The notes beneath the pieces were generated by a model. That model worked only from the letters and a program-made list of their open reading frames with translations. It ran no database searches and was not told the origin of the DNA. This document shows, in pieces, positions 10,378 through 20,107 of a DNA stretch of 64,000 bases (position 1 is the stretch's first letter; the number at the start of each line of letters is the position of its first letter). A program made the translations under genes and the position numbers. The stretch comes from Candidatus Latescibacterota bacterium (lineage in GTDB: Bacteria > Latescibacterota > UBA2968 > SICM01), in contig CBDCJO010000002.1 of the NCBI GenBank assembly GCA_965217865.1, forward strand, positions 4,864,001 to 4,928,000, read 5' to 3'.

Positions 10378-10605
10378 TTATCCCGGAACGATCCGAACAC
10401 CATTTTCATCGAATACGGAAAGGGCATCGACCGGGCAGACGGAACAGGCATCGATCAAGCGTTCTCGATCCGCTTCAACCGAATTCTCGAACCTGACGAT
10501 TCCATCTTCGGCTAGCTGGAATACTTCTGGGGCTACTCCGATGCAATCTTTAAAGGCGGCACAGACGGTTCGATCGATTCGAACCGTTAAATCGCCGATC
10601 TTCAT
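10378..10605 (-). CDS. Small single-cluster ferredoxin
   Basis: IDRTVCAAFKDCIGVAPEVF ... ACSVCPVDAL. Confidence 0.85.
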   Translation of the reverse strand: MKIGDLTVRIDRTVCAAFKDCIGVAPEVFQLAEDGIVRFENSVEADRERLIDACSVCPVDALSVFDENGVRIVPG

Positions 10606-10772
10606 TTCAATAAAATCGTCTATGGAAACACTCCTCTGGCTCGATGTCTTATGTGGCTTTTCCTCAATTCTAACGATCTTGGGGAAGTTTGTCAACCCTT
10701 CGTATCGTCTGGATAATGGGCCCATGTATGGGCGGGAAAAGAGTGATTGTATGGGGGGGGGTTATTTTCGGG

Positions 10773-10801
10773 TTGACAGATGAACGAATGTGCAGTATAT
10801 T
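10773..10801 (+). promoter_or_regulatory. Sigma70 promoter with embedded LexA-like box
   Basis: TTGACA-N17-TATATT; GAAC-GAAT-GTGC at 10782-10793. Confidence 0.65.
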
Positions 10802-10843
10802 GGGGAGGTTGTTAATTGGGCCGAACTGAAACGAAGGTAAGCC

Positions 10844-11623
10844 TTGAGCCTCATTCAGATAGAAGAGATCGGGGCCAGATCCATTCTGACCCCACAACCC
10901 GACTGGTCATCTTTGGGCGGAAGCTACGACTTTTCGCTGAACCCCTACCAGGGATGTGGCATGGGGTGTTCCTATTGCTATGTCATTCGATACCCGTTTG
11001 CAGAGGAACACCCCCTCCCGTGGGGGAACTGGGTTCGGCCGAAGTTGAACGCACCTTTTTTGATCGGGAAGGATCGTTTGAAGGTCTGGGGAAGGCGGAT
11101 CTTTATGTCTTCCGCGACCGATCCATACCAGTATGTCGAGCGGAAATATCGATTGACCCGGGGCTGCCTGAAGGTCCTGGTTGAATGTAATTTGCAGCGC
11201 CTGACGGTTCACACCCGAAGCCAACTTGTCCTGGACGATCTCGATCTTCTCAAGGCGTTCGGGGACAGGTTGGAGGTGGGCTTTTCCGTCCCCACGGATG
11301 ACGATGCCGAGCGGAAACGGCTGGAGCCGAATGCACCGACGATCGACGTAAGGCTAAGGACGATCCGAAAGCTTCGCGATGCGGGGATCAAGGTGATCGT
11401 TGCGGTTTCACCATTGCTGAGATGTAATCCCGATCGTTTCGCAGGGCTTCTTGCGGAGGTAGCTGATCGTGCCTGGATGGATAAGGTTCGGTATGAAGCT
11501 CGAACTTACCTGAGACATAGGGGAGAGGACAGGACTTTTTTCTTGAGCCGGTCCTATCGAGAGTTGGGAAGGGAAATGGAAGTGCGATTGCGCAACCTGG
11601 GATTGCTTCGGCCGATCAGATGA
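10844..11623 (+). CDS. SplB/Rv2578c-like radical SAM protein
   Basis: NPYQGCGMGCSYCY, SSATDPYQ..E, T(R)S, LEPNAP. Confidence 0.88.
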   Translation: MSLIQIEEIGARSILTPQPDWSSLGGSYDFSLNPYQGCGMGCSYCYVIRYPFAEEHPLPWGNWVRPKLNAPFLIGKDRLKVWGRRIFMSSATDPYQYVERKYRLTRGCLKVLVECNLQRLTVHTRSQLVLDDLDLLKAFGDRLEVGFSVPTDDDAERKRLEPNAPTIDVRLRTIRKLRDAGIKVIVAVSPLLRCNPDRFAGLLAEVADRAWMDKVRYEARTYLRHRGEDRTFFLSRSYRELGREMEVRLRNLGLLRPIR

Positions 11624-11642
11624 TATGATTGGATCAAAAATC

Positions 11643-12350
11643 TTATAGGATACCGCAGCTCAAGGCCTCCACGAGGCTTGTCAGCTGGAGTTCCGTCGCA
11701 GAGTGGTCCTGATGGGCGGTGAAGAAATTGGGGACGGCGATGACGTCCATCCCGGCTGACCGTGCGGACCGGACCCCGCTTTCGCTATCTTCGAAAGCCA
11801 GGCACGATGAAGGCGGGAGCCCGAGCCGATTTGCGGCCAGGAGATAGATGTCGGGGGCCGGTTTTGTTCTGGCCACGTCGGAACCGGAGAGGATGACCTC
11901 GAAGATCCGGTCAAGGGGATCGCCCTTTTGCAGGTATGTCAGAAGTCCATTCTCCAGGGTTTTCATCATTCTGATTCTCTCTGTTGAAGAGGCCACCCCG
12001 AGACGATAGGGTTTTACCCGAACGAAGTTCAAGAGTTCTTCCAACCCCGGCATCACCTCGATCTTCTCCGGATCCGATATGGCCAGATCGAAGCGGTCCA
12101 TCCAGAGCTTGCTAAAATCCTCAGGTGAGGTATCCAGATCGTAGTGCTCAACGGCATGGCTGCTGTTTTCCTCTATGGGGTGGCCCACATAGGAGATATA
12201 TCCGGGACGATCCAACGAAGCATTGAATTCATGAAGGGTATCGTTAAACGTGCTGTAGTAAAGTTCCTCCGTGTTGAACATCAGGCCATCCATGTCGAAG
12301 ATGACGGCTTCGTAATTACGGTTCTTATCTGATGTTCGAGTGTTACCCAT
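11643..12350 (-). CDS. HAD family phosphatase (beta-PGM/CbbY-like)
   Basis: FDMDG, ASS, KPAPDIY, FEDS. Confidence 0.9.
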   Translation of the reverse strand: MGNTRTSDKNRNYEAVIFDMDGLMFNTEELYYSTFNDTLHEFNASLDRPGYISYVGHPIEENSSHAVEHYDLDTSPEDFSKLWMDRFDLAISDPEKIEVMPGLEELLNFVRVKPYRLGVASSTERIRMMKTLENGLLTYLQKGDPLDRIFEVILSGSDVARTKPAPDIYLLAANRLGLPPSSCLAFEDSESGVRSARSAGMDVIAVPNFFTAHQDHSATELQLTSLVEALSCGIL

Positions 12351-12384
12351 TCTCGTTTGTCTCTGGAAAAGTGAGCCCGGACGA

Positions 12385-12675
12385 TCAAGTTGCCTTCAGA
12401 AATCTGACATTCCCATTCGTGGTTTGGAGGTCGACCATACCTTCTCCAGATCCCAGGGTGCCTTCCAATTTCCTTCGGGTTTGAAGACTTGCTTTGACCG
12501 CCAGGTCAGTCTTCACGGTACCGTTCCGAACCGATGCTTTGACACGCGCAGATATGTTTTCCGCCACGTATAGATTAACATTTCCGTTTCTCGTTATCAA
12601 CTTCGTCTCCGAGCCGGTTTCCCACTTCGAGATCTCAGCCCGTACGTTTCCATTTGTTGTGGAACCGTAAGTCCG
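12385..12675 (-). pseudogene. 3' fragment of a DUF4097 beta-repeat protein truncated by IS1380
   Basis: Repeats TTNGNV/TRNGNV/VRNGTV and G.LGSG..DLQTTNGNV; open frame runs into the IS end, with no 5' part on the other side. Confidence 0.75.
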
Positions 12676-14519
12676 ACTAGTCCTAAAATAAGCGAATAGG
12701 CTTGTTGAGCGGTGTGTTATACAAGATTTCGGAGCATTTCAGACTTGTGACTTGGTGGAGATGATGTCTGGGCTGTTTTTGTGATTGTTTCGGCATGCGA
12801 TTGTCTAATTAACTGAGTTTGCGGACGTGTTTTAGCCGGGGTGGACGGACTTGTCCCTGTGATGTTACGACGACAGGTGCTGACATGGCAGTCAGGCCGG
12901 TTTGAGCCATCTGATTCTGTTCCAGGCCGGGAAGAAGTCAGTCATCCACCGGTTGTAGCCCAAGACACGATAGATGATCTGTCTTCCCCGGGTCACGATC
13001 TGGCAGGGGATCCAGATCAGATTCTGGAGGAAGGCGCGAAACTCCATTCTCAGAAGTTGATCGCGACGCTCACGCTTTCGGATCATCAACGCGAACCAGG
13101 CTTTGAGGTTCCACGCCAGGGCGGTCATGACCATGTAAGCCCAGTTGCTCATCAGGTTGTCGACGGGCATCCGCATGGCGTTGACCCCGTTCTTGAGTTG
13201 TTCAATCACGTTTTCCTGATCGCACCGTCGATTGGCCAGCCTCACGATTTCCGCGGCCGTAAGATCTTTTCGGGTGGTAATGTAGAAGAAACAGCGCTTG
13301 TCATCGAACAGGGCGTTTTCGCCGCGTTCGACGCTCAGGTTCTTTTCGAGGATCACGAGTCGACAGGTCTTCCTGCATCGAGCAGGACGATACGAAACCC
13401 CGGCAACACGTTCACTGGCAAGTCGGATGTTTTTGAAGCCGCGCTCCCGGATGATCCGGGCTTTCACGTTCTCGCGTTTCTGTCTCTGGGAGGTTTTGAC
13501 CTGGTATTTGGGTTGTCGTTCAAAGGGCTCCCAATCGCTCTGTGACAGGGATTTGGCGATCTTGACCAATCCCCGGTAAGCATCCATGCCGAAGACGAAG
13601 TCGACCTTTTCCGACCAACGATCGAAGTGCCGGGTGAGTGAGAAGCCGGTGTCTCCGCGCAGGCAGATGCGTTTGGCGAAAGGGGCGACCAGCGCGATGG
13701 CGCGATCGATCCACTTTACGGCACCGTCGTGGCTGGGCACATGGCCGGGTCGATTCACAAGAAACAACACCTCCCTGGTGTTCGCCAGAGAGACCACGAG
13801 AGGATGGTATCCCCAGATACCGTTGTATGACAGGGCCATGCCCTGCTTGCGTTCTCCGAGGGTGGTGGCCAGGGTGCCGTCGATGTCGATGAGGGCTTCT
13901 TTGAGTTCGCCCCTGGCGCGCTTTTTCCAGATCCGGGTGCGCACCCGGTTGATGCAATCCATCAACGTCTCGATATCCGATGGCCGGAAACGACGTGTAA
14001 AGTCGCCTGCTGTGGCCGGATCCGGGAGACGCTGAGCGCCCAAAGCGTTCAGGAACGTGGCATCCTGCCGGCGCAGCTCAATGTCTTCAAGGCGTTGACC
14101 ACCAACCAGCGCATTGTAGGCGATGTTCAGAACGTGGTCTGATTCGTGACAGGGCAAATGCACTTTCAAAAGATGAAGATGACGGTCAATCTCTTTCACC
14201 AGCCCAACCCTGCGGACCATGTGGTGAAACGCGCCGATCCCCCCACACGTGATCGCCTCGGCCTTCCCACTTATCTCGTAGTGGATGTTTCCCCCAGACA
14301 TCATAGGCTTGACCTGACTGCACCACTGCTTCCGACGCAAACGACGGACAATTCGTGCTTCCCTGTTCCGAAGAATCTTCCTATATTCTCTCATCTGAAA
14401 TGCCCCTTTTGATGGCCTCTTTTTGTCTTTCACACTACAACTATAGGCCTGAAAACTGGGGCATTTTCAACTTTTTTCTACTAAAACCAAGAAAAATTCA
14501 CGCTTGTATAGGGACTAGT
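12676..14519 (-). mobile_element. IS1380-family insertion sequence
   Basis: Imperfect terminal inverted repeats ACTAGTCCTAAAATAAGCGAAT / ACTAGTCCCTATACAAGCGTGAAT around the transposase. Confidence 0.85.
12892..14433 (-). CDS. IS1380-family DDE transposase
   Basis: HESDHVLNIAYN, LIDIDGT, GYHPL, LRGD, RCDQENVIEQLK, NWAYMV. Confidence 0.92.
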   Translation of the reverse strand: MKDKKRPSKGAFQMREYRKILRNREARIVRRLRRKQWCSQVKPMMSGGNIHYEISGKAEAITCGGIGAFHHMVRRVGLVKEIDRHLHLLKVHLPCHESDHVLNIAYNALVGGQRLEDIELRRQDATFLNALGAQRLPDPATAGDFTRRFRPSDIETLMDCINRVRTRIWKKRARGELKEALIDIDGTLATTLGERKQGMALSYNGIWGYHPLVVSLANTREVLFLVNRPGHVPSHDGAVKWIDRAIALVAPFAKRICLRGDTGFSLTRHFDRWSEKVDFVFGMDAYRGLVKIAKSLSQSDWEPFERQPKYQVKTSQRQKRENVKARIIRERGFKNIRLASERVAGVSYRPARCRKTCRLVILEKNLSVERGENALFDDKRCFFYITTRKDLTAAEIVRLANRRCDQENVIEQLKNGVNAMRMPVDNLMSNWAYMVMTALAWNLKAWFALMIRKRERRDQLLRMEFRAFLQNLIWIPCQIVTRGRQIIYRVLGYNRWMTDFFPAWNRIRWLKPA

Positions 14520-14569
14520 TGAATATGGATTAAAAAACCTCGTTCGCGATTCACAATCCCGAATAGAAA

Positions 14570-15766
14570 TCAAGGCCACATGGTCTTGCCCAGGTCCACT
14601 TCTATGTACTTGACCACACAGAAAGCAAATTTCCCCTGGCGGGTTCGATATCCTCGCATATCGAAGACGAGGCCCACGCTGTTCGGACCGGTTGTCAGGA
14701 TGCCACCGTTCCCGGTTGTGTTGGGCCACGTGAGTACGTTACCGATCTCATCCCACTTCTTTCCCGTTCCATCCCGCGAGACGCCAAGGTTGACCTCACC
14801 CATGCGGTATTTGAACTTCAGGTTTAGCGAGGGACGCACGTCGTTGACCTGTTCCGTCACTTCGGGCGGGATGATGCTCTGAACACCGTGGAGCAGGACC
14901 AACGATCCATCCTCCAGCACCGTGAGCTTGGGCAAAGTCCCGGTCGGAAAGGGGGTGGGAACGGGATCGGTCCAGGTTTGTCCCCGGTCTGATGACCATG
15001 CGATGTGGAGTGGACTCTGATGTCCCAATCGCATGACGATTACCAGGTCACCGGTCGGGGTGAGCCGTAGACTGGATTCGTTGAGTCCTTCGTCCTGGTG
15101 AACCGTTCCGACATTTCCACACATTTTCCAGGTGCGGCCCCGGTCTTCGGAGCGGATGATGATCACCCTGGTGAATGCCCATCGGTCCATCCCTATGGCA
15201 ATAGAACCTGCAATCTCGAAATTCTCGCGGTCGATGATCGCATCATCGCCTTTTAACCTGACATCCATAGGGCAGATCAGGGAGCCGTCGCTGAGCTGAA
15301 GCACCTGATCCCAAAAAACGGTACAAATGTCCGTGATTCCATCGCTGTCGTCCATCCGGTCAGGAATATGAAGGTCCCCCTCCTCACGCTCTACGCTTCC
15401 GTTTTTGAAGCGGTTCAGGATGATGGGAATGTGAGATATGTCCGATGGCGACCGTGTCGGGAATGTGCCGAGGACGCAGAATCCCTCGCCGTCTTCAAAC
15501 TCGTGGGTCAACGGTAAAGGGATATCCCAAACCGGGTATTTGGCGCCTGGCCTTTCAGGATTCACGGGGACCCACTCCCAGCTGTTTCCTCCGTTTTCGG
15601 AGATATAGAGTCTGCGATGTCCGAAAGCCTTGCCCTCTTGAGTGAAATACCGCCCGCTGATCACGACCAGCCTGCCATCCGAAAGACGGAAGAGGATCGG
15701 GTAGTCGATGTCGACGTCGACCGTGGATTCTTTTGCTATCGCATACTTTCGGGGACCATCAAACAT
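14570..15766 (-). CDS. BNR/Asp-box (sialidase-fold) protein
   Basis: Asp boxes SENGGNSW, SEDRGRTW, SSDRGQTW; NE..L..G.L..MR; AAAGGA RBS before ATG 15766. Confidence 0.8.
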   Translation of the reverse strand: MFDGPRKYAIAKESTVDVDIDYPILFRLSDGRLVVISGRYFTQEGKAFGHRRLYISENGGNSWEWVPVNPERPGAKYPVWDIPLPLTHEFEDGEGFCVLGTFPTRSPSDISHIPIILNRFKNGSVEREEGDLHIPDRMDDSDGITDICTVFWDQVLQLSDGSLICPMDVRLKGDDAIIDRENFEIAGSIAIGMDRWAFTRVIIIRSEDRGRTWKMCGNVGTVHQDEGLNESSLRLTPTGDLVIVMRLGHQSPLHIAWSSDRGQTWTDPVPTPFPTGTLPKLTVLEDGSLVLLHGVQSIIPPEVTEQVNDVRPSLNLKFKYRMGEVNLGVSRDGTGKKWDEIGNVLTWPNTTGNGGILTTGPNSVGLVFDMRGYRTRQGKFAFCVVKYIEVDLGKTMWP

Positions 15767-15815
15767 TTGTGTCCTTTCTGTACCAAGGCAACGTTTGGAT
15801 CTGATCGTGGTCGCT

Positions 15816-17285
15816 TCACGGTCCCAGCGAAGAATAATCTTCCACGTCGTCGCGGCTCTCAATGAGCCAGGCCGTGCGGTTAAGCGTGAGGTGGTAGGCG
15901 TGGAAATAATCCTGCTCTGCCATCGCAGCATCAAGATTGTGGAAGAAATGCGTGTAGCCCATATCTTGCCGATGGGATCCTATTTGGCTTCGAAGGGTCT
16001 CGATCCTTTTCTCCAACCAGCTTATCTGATCGTCCGGGATCGTTACCTTCGCTCCGAATTGCAACAGGTTGGGTTCGATTCTGTTGATGTTCACATCGTC
16101 CGATTTATTCGTGTAGATGATAAAGGCTTCTCCGCGGTCTTCGAACACCTGGGTGTAGGTGATACCCGTGGACTCTGTACCGCCTGAGGAGAGGTCGTTC
16201 GCGATCAGGGACCGCGGTCGATCGAACTCGAGGTCCAATTCTCCTTCCTGTGTCGCGATCTCACGGCCGACGGCCACCCAGAGGGGAGAGCGGTTTCGGC
16301 GTGTGTCCCATGGGTCCGTTCCGCCGTTGGCATCCCCGGGATTGTTGTTAAAACTGAACACGAACCGTCCATCCTTCAGCTTGACCAGGGGACAGGAACA
16401 ATTCGGCTGTAAAATCGGTTTGCCGCCCGGGGTGAAGGTCATGGGTCTGACGCCACCCCAGGACTTTCCCCGGTCTTTGCTTACAGCGCAATAAGGACGC
16501 CCCGTCGGCGTGCGGAAGGTTGCATACAGATCACCGTTGCTCAAAGGCACTACGCTAGCTTCATCACCGCAGTTTTGCCCGTTGAGCGGATGGGTCGCGT
16601 GCAGGCCGTGAGGAGACTCGGGCGAAACCCGGAATTCCAGTTTCGCGGGATCCGACTCGGTCGCGATGTTCGCGCAGACGAGAAAAAAGGCCTCGGTCCA
16701 GCAGAAATTGTTGTAAAGTTTAATCAGACACTTTGACTCCCGCGGATCCTTAACCATGGAATCCGGGTTGATCTTGTTGAAATTCAACCAGCAGGTGCCG
16801 TCTTCGAGCATCACCCCGGGATTGAAATTCCATCCGTGATAAGGTTTTCCCGGAACATCGATCGCGTGCCGCTCCATCGGGACCGGAAAACGCGCAGACC
16901 ATGTCGCACCCTCATCGTCGCTGTAGCGAAAAACGATCACGCCGGCGTCGCGAATGGGATTCCCGTCAGCATCGTGCCAGTAGAATCCGTAAATGCGATT
17001 CTGAGTCTCAACGTAGACAGGTGAGAGCCAGCATCCCTGCCGATCCCTTTCGATGATGTGAGGTTCCGACCATGTCTTTCCCCTGTCGGTACTTCGAGAT
17101 GAGACTATCCGGTGGTCTCCGGCTGCTTCGCCGACAGCGGACTGGTTCCACACAACAACCCAAGTCCCGTTTCCGGTCACGACCAGATAGCCCTGTTTGT
17201 TGAACCTGATCGCGTCCGTGCGTACGCCCACCTGTCCCACATAATCGGTGTCGTTCTTTGCGAAGAGCGAGCCTGTCAATACCAT
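15816..17285 (-). CDS. BNR/Asp-box (sialidase-fold) protein
   Basis: STDRGKTW, SDDEGATW, SKDRGKSW; RNRSPL. Confidence 0.82.
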   Translation of the reverse strand: MVLTGSLFAKNDTDYVGQVGVRTDAIRFNKQGYLVVTGNGTWVVVWNQSAVGEAAGDHRIVSSRSTDRGKTWSEPHIIERDRQGCWLSPVYVETQNRIYGFYWHDADGNPIRDAGVIVFRYSDDEGATWSARFPVPMERHAIDVPGKPYHGWNFNPGVMLEDGTCWLNFNKINPDSMVKDPRESKCLIKLYNNFCWTEAFFLVCANIATESDPAKLEFRVSPESPHGLHATHPLNGQNCGDEASVVPLSNGDLYATFRTPTGRPYCAVSKDRGKSWGGVRPMTFTPGGKPILQPNCSCPLVKLKDGRFVFSFNNNPGDANGGTDPWDTRRNRSPLWVAVGREIATQEGELDLEFDRPRSLIANDLSSGGTESTGITYTQVFEDRGEAFIIYTNKSDDVNINRIEPNLLQFGAKVTIPDDQISWLEKRIETLRSQIGSHRQDMGYTHFFHNLDAAMAEQDYFHAYHLTLNRTAWLIESRDDVEDYSSLGP

Positions 17286-17309
17286 CTATATACTCCATTG
17301 AATATTTAA

Positions 17310-17476
17310 TATTGAATATCGAAGAATTGAATATTTGAAAACCTTAGGACTTTCTTGTGGCTATATTGATCTCTTCGATATTCAATCTTCAATTCCCACT
17401 GGCCCCTGACTTTGCTTTTCCTGCCACTGCCACTGCTACTGCCCTTGCTTTCACCAGACCTCCGACCCCGGATCTT
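17310..17476. repeat. Heptamer-based intergenic element (ATTGAAT/ATTCAAT arms plus GCCACT and CCCTGAC modules)
   Basis: About 90 bp homologous to the reverse complement of 58211-58300. Confidence 0.7.
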
Positions 17477-17478
17477 CA

Positions 17479-19842
17479 TCAATCCAGGTCATTCAACAGG
17501 CCTAGATCGTCAGCCGCTTTCATGAACTCCAGGGCGTCGGCAAGGTACATGCACAGACCTCCCTCAGGGGCCATGAAATGAGCGTGGTTGAGGCGATGAC
17601 GAAAGTCGTGGGCGCCGTGTTCGACATATTTTCGATCCCCGGTGAGCCTGTAAGCGTATGCCAGGGGCAGCATCATTCTCATACTCTCACAGCCTGAGGC
17701 CTCTCTACGTGATTTATAGAGACCGTTCCCGAAGGTGTATTTCAGGGCGTAACCCTCCGGCAGAGTGCCCTTGGTCATCGCAAACGCAAGGGCTTTGAGG
17801 AGGGCCTCTTTGACGTCTTCGTCTCCTGTGACCTCGTGGTATCGCTTCATTCCGGTCAGGAGCGCGCCTGTCTGCAGGGCGGGGCCGGAGGCCATGACGA
17901 GCCCACGGGACCAGGCCATCTGGAACTCACCCTCTGAGGTCTGACGCTCAAGCGCAATATCGATGACCTTCCGAGCAGCCTTGAGGTATTTCTTGTCCCG
18001 GGTGTGATTGTATACGGACACGAGGCCGGTGAGGCACCATCCGGATGTTCGCTCTTCCCGGTCTCGCCGGGTGTAGCCTTTATCGACCATTCGCACAAAA
18101 GCGTCGGCCGATCCGATGGCGGTTTCGAGGGATCGACGGTATCCGGTCGTATAGTAATAGGTCAGGTTCGTGACCAGCCATGAATGCGACAGCGCGGTCG
18201 TGAAGCGACTGCCATCAGTGGCGTAATGCGATCGGGGGCAGCCCTCCCGCTCAGAGATCTCGGGGGGAACACGGTGCATGACGTCCACGTCCATCAAGTG
18301 AAGCGCGGCGGCCTCTCCCAGCTCACGATACATCATCTCCCCGGTTCGCTGGAACTGGATCAGCATGGAGTGTCCGACGTCGTCGTGCAGGTGACTGAAT
18401 CCTCCGCTCACGTGATTTCGATACCTCGGGCTGCCGTAGTCCCCGAAGTTCAACACCCCCTCGCCGCGTCCACGACTCGCTTGGCCCACGAAGTCGTTTC
18501 GGAAAAAGTTCTCCAGTTCGGGGTATTTCCGCGGCTGGTAGGGCATGATCTCACCGCAGACCTTTGTCTCTGCGAACCAGCCTCCTGGGCAGTTGACGTG
18601 GAGCTCCCCGTCCATACCGAACCCGATCCAGCCCAGCATGCGGCTCTGTGCGCGGGCTTCACGTCCCGTGCCTTCGTGGAAATAAAAGAAGAACACGTGG
18701 GTCTTGGCCACGCCCATGTTGATCGGAAAGGGATCTTCCTCGGAGGTGATCAGGTCCAGGGTCAGCTCACCGGGGGAGAGGTGGAAGGCCTTAGGGGGGA
18801 GATGCTGGCCGCCCAGAAAAGCCAAACCTAACCCCTGCTCTCCGTTGGAGATGTCGGCCCAGCCGTTGATAAAGTTCGAGCCGACGACCAGATCGCCGGT
18901 CGCGTTATAGAGGCCGCAGGGATGTGCCTTGGGGCCCTTATACTCCGGATTGTACATGCTGTGTTCTTCGTACTGTGCGAAGGTGCAGGGCTCGTAGACC
19001 TCGAACTGTTTTCGATTCCCTCCGCCCTCCCACTTTTCGAAGCCCTCGGATTCGAATCGCTCGAAGCGCAGCTTTCCATGACTTTCAGGGATGGCTCGTG
19101 TCCAGTCCGCGTCGAGAAGGCCGACCATTTCACCGGGCCGGGCAAGGTGCGTGCTGAAACGGACCAGACTCAACCGGGTTTCCGGGGTTTCCTCCCGGTT
19201 GACGAAGGTGTAGAACGCTTTGACGAAAGGTGATCCCGCGTAGAAATAGATTCGCACGACCCAATCGAAAAGGGCAGTGCCTTTTTCGGAGAAATGGCGG
19301 CCTTCCGCCTTGACGCAGATTCGGAGGTCCCCCGTCTCCTCGATTTCCGCAGTGGCTTCGGGATCTCCGGAGAGGGAATAGGTGGTCCCGGTTTCGTCGG
19401 TGAGTGCGATGTCCGAACTGCCGGGCTGTAGGAGGGGTTTTCCGTTCAGAGAGACGGACTCGAACAGGTTGAAGCCTTGCTTTCGCAATTCGACGGAGAG
19501 GGGCCCGGTATTCACGTGGATCCGATCCTCTGTTTCCCGGACCTCGAGTGGGGTATCCGGTCCGGGACGTTCTCCTTCGAAGTCGGTTTCGAGTTCGTAA
19601 AAGGCCTCTGTCTGTTTTCCGACGCTGGCCTTAAAATCGAGCAGCACCCATTTGATGGTTCCGTCGGGCCAACGGGCAAGCGCCTTGAACTGGCAGGGTT
19701 GAATATCCCCGGCCTCGTCGAACAGCGCGAGTTGATCCTCACTCCGAACCATGCCTTCTTTCAGCGGCACTCCGGAGGTCACAGGCCAGTCTTCCCGCTC
19801 TACGGCGGAAATCTCCTCGACTCTCAGCTTGATGCGGGACAT
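17479..19842 (-). CDS. PcRGLX/YetA-like protein (RIFT-barrel N-terminus, alpha/alpha toroid), putative polysaccharide lyase
   Basis: WPVTSGVPL, RWPDGTIKWVLLDF, GVAKTH, NFGD, HLMDVD, ERTSGW. Confidence 0.72.
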   Translation of the reverse strand: MSRIKLRVEEISAVEREDWPVTSGVPLKEGMVRSEDQLALFDEAGDIQPCQFKALARWPDGTIKWVLLDFKASVGKQTEAFYELETDFEGERPGPDTPLEVRETEDRIHVNTGPLSVELRKQGFNLFESVSLNGKPLLQPGSSDIALTDETGTTYSLSGDPEATAEIEETGDLRICVKAEGRHFSEKGTALFDWVVRIYFYAGSPFVKAFYTFVNREETPETRLSLVRFSTHLARPGEMVGLLDADWTRAIPESHGKLRFERFESEGFEKWEGGGNRKQFEVYEPCTFAQYEEHSMYNPEYKGPKAHPCGLYNATGDLVVGSNFINGWADISNGEQGLGLAFLGGQHLPPKAFHLSPGELTLDLITSEEDPFPINMGVAKTHVFFFYFHEGTGREARAQSRMLGWIGFGMDGELHVNCPGGWFAETKVCGEIMPYQPRKYPELENFFRNDFVGQASRGRGEGVLNFGDYGSPRYRNHVSGGFSHLHDDVGHSMLIQFQRTGEMMYRELGEAAALHLMDVDVMHRVPPEISEREGCPRSHYATDGSRFTTALSHSWLVTNLTYYYTTGYRRSLETAIGSADAFVRMVDKGYTRRDREERTSGWCLTGLVSVYNHTRDKKYLKAARKVIDIALERQTSEGEFQMAWSRGLVMASGPALQTGALLTGMKRYHEVTGDEDVKEALLKALAFAMTKGTLPEGYALKYTFGNGLYKSRREASGCESMRMMLPLAYAYRLTGDRKYVEHGAHDFRHRLNHAHFMAPEGGLCMYLADALEFMKAADDLGLLNDLD

Positions 19843-19879
19843 GAGGGGTGCTCCTTATGGATTTTGTTTGATTAAAACA

Positions 19880-20065
19880 GAGATTCTTCGCTGGCGCTCA
19901 GAATGACACGACTGTTTTTAGATGTCACCCCTGACACCCTTCTCCGACTCCACTGCGTTGCGCTCAGGACTGTGGCTTCGACAGTGGCCAAAGAACGTCA
20001 CGGCGTTATCCTGAACCAAGTTGAAGGATTCAGGGCAATCTTCGCTTGCGCTCAGTTGGATCTCC
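19880..20065. repeat. Cluster of REP-like short palindromes
   Basis: GATTCTTCGCTGGCGCTCAGAATGACA, GCGTTGCGCTCAGGAC, TCTTCGCTTGCGCTCAG and GTTATCCTGAAC..GAAGGATTC units. Confidence 0.55.
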
Positions 20066-20107
20066 TCGGATAAAAGGTCGTTTTTGAAAAATCAGAGTCA
20101 ATCGATT

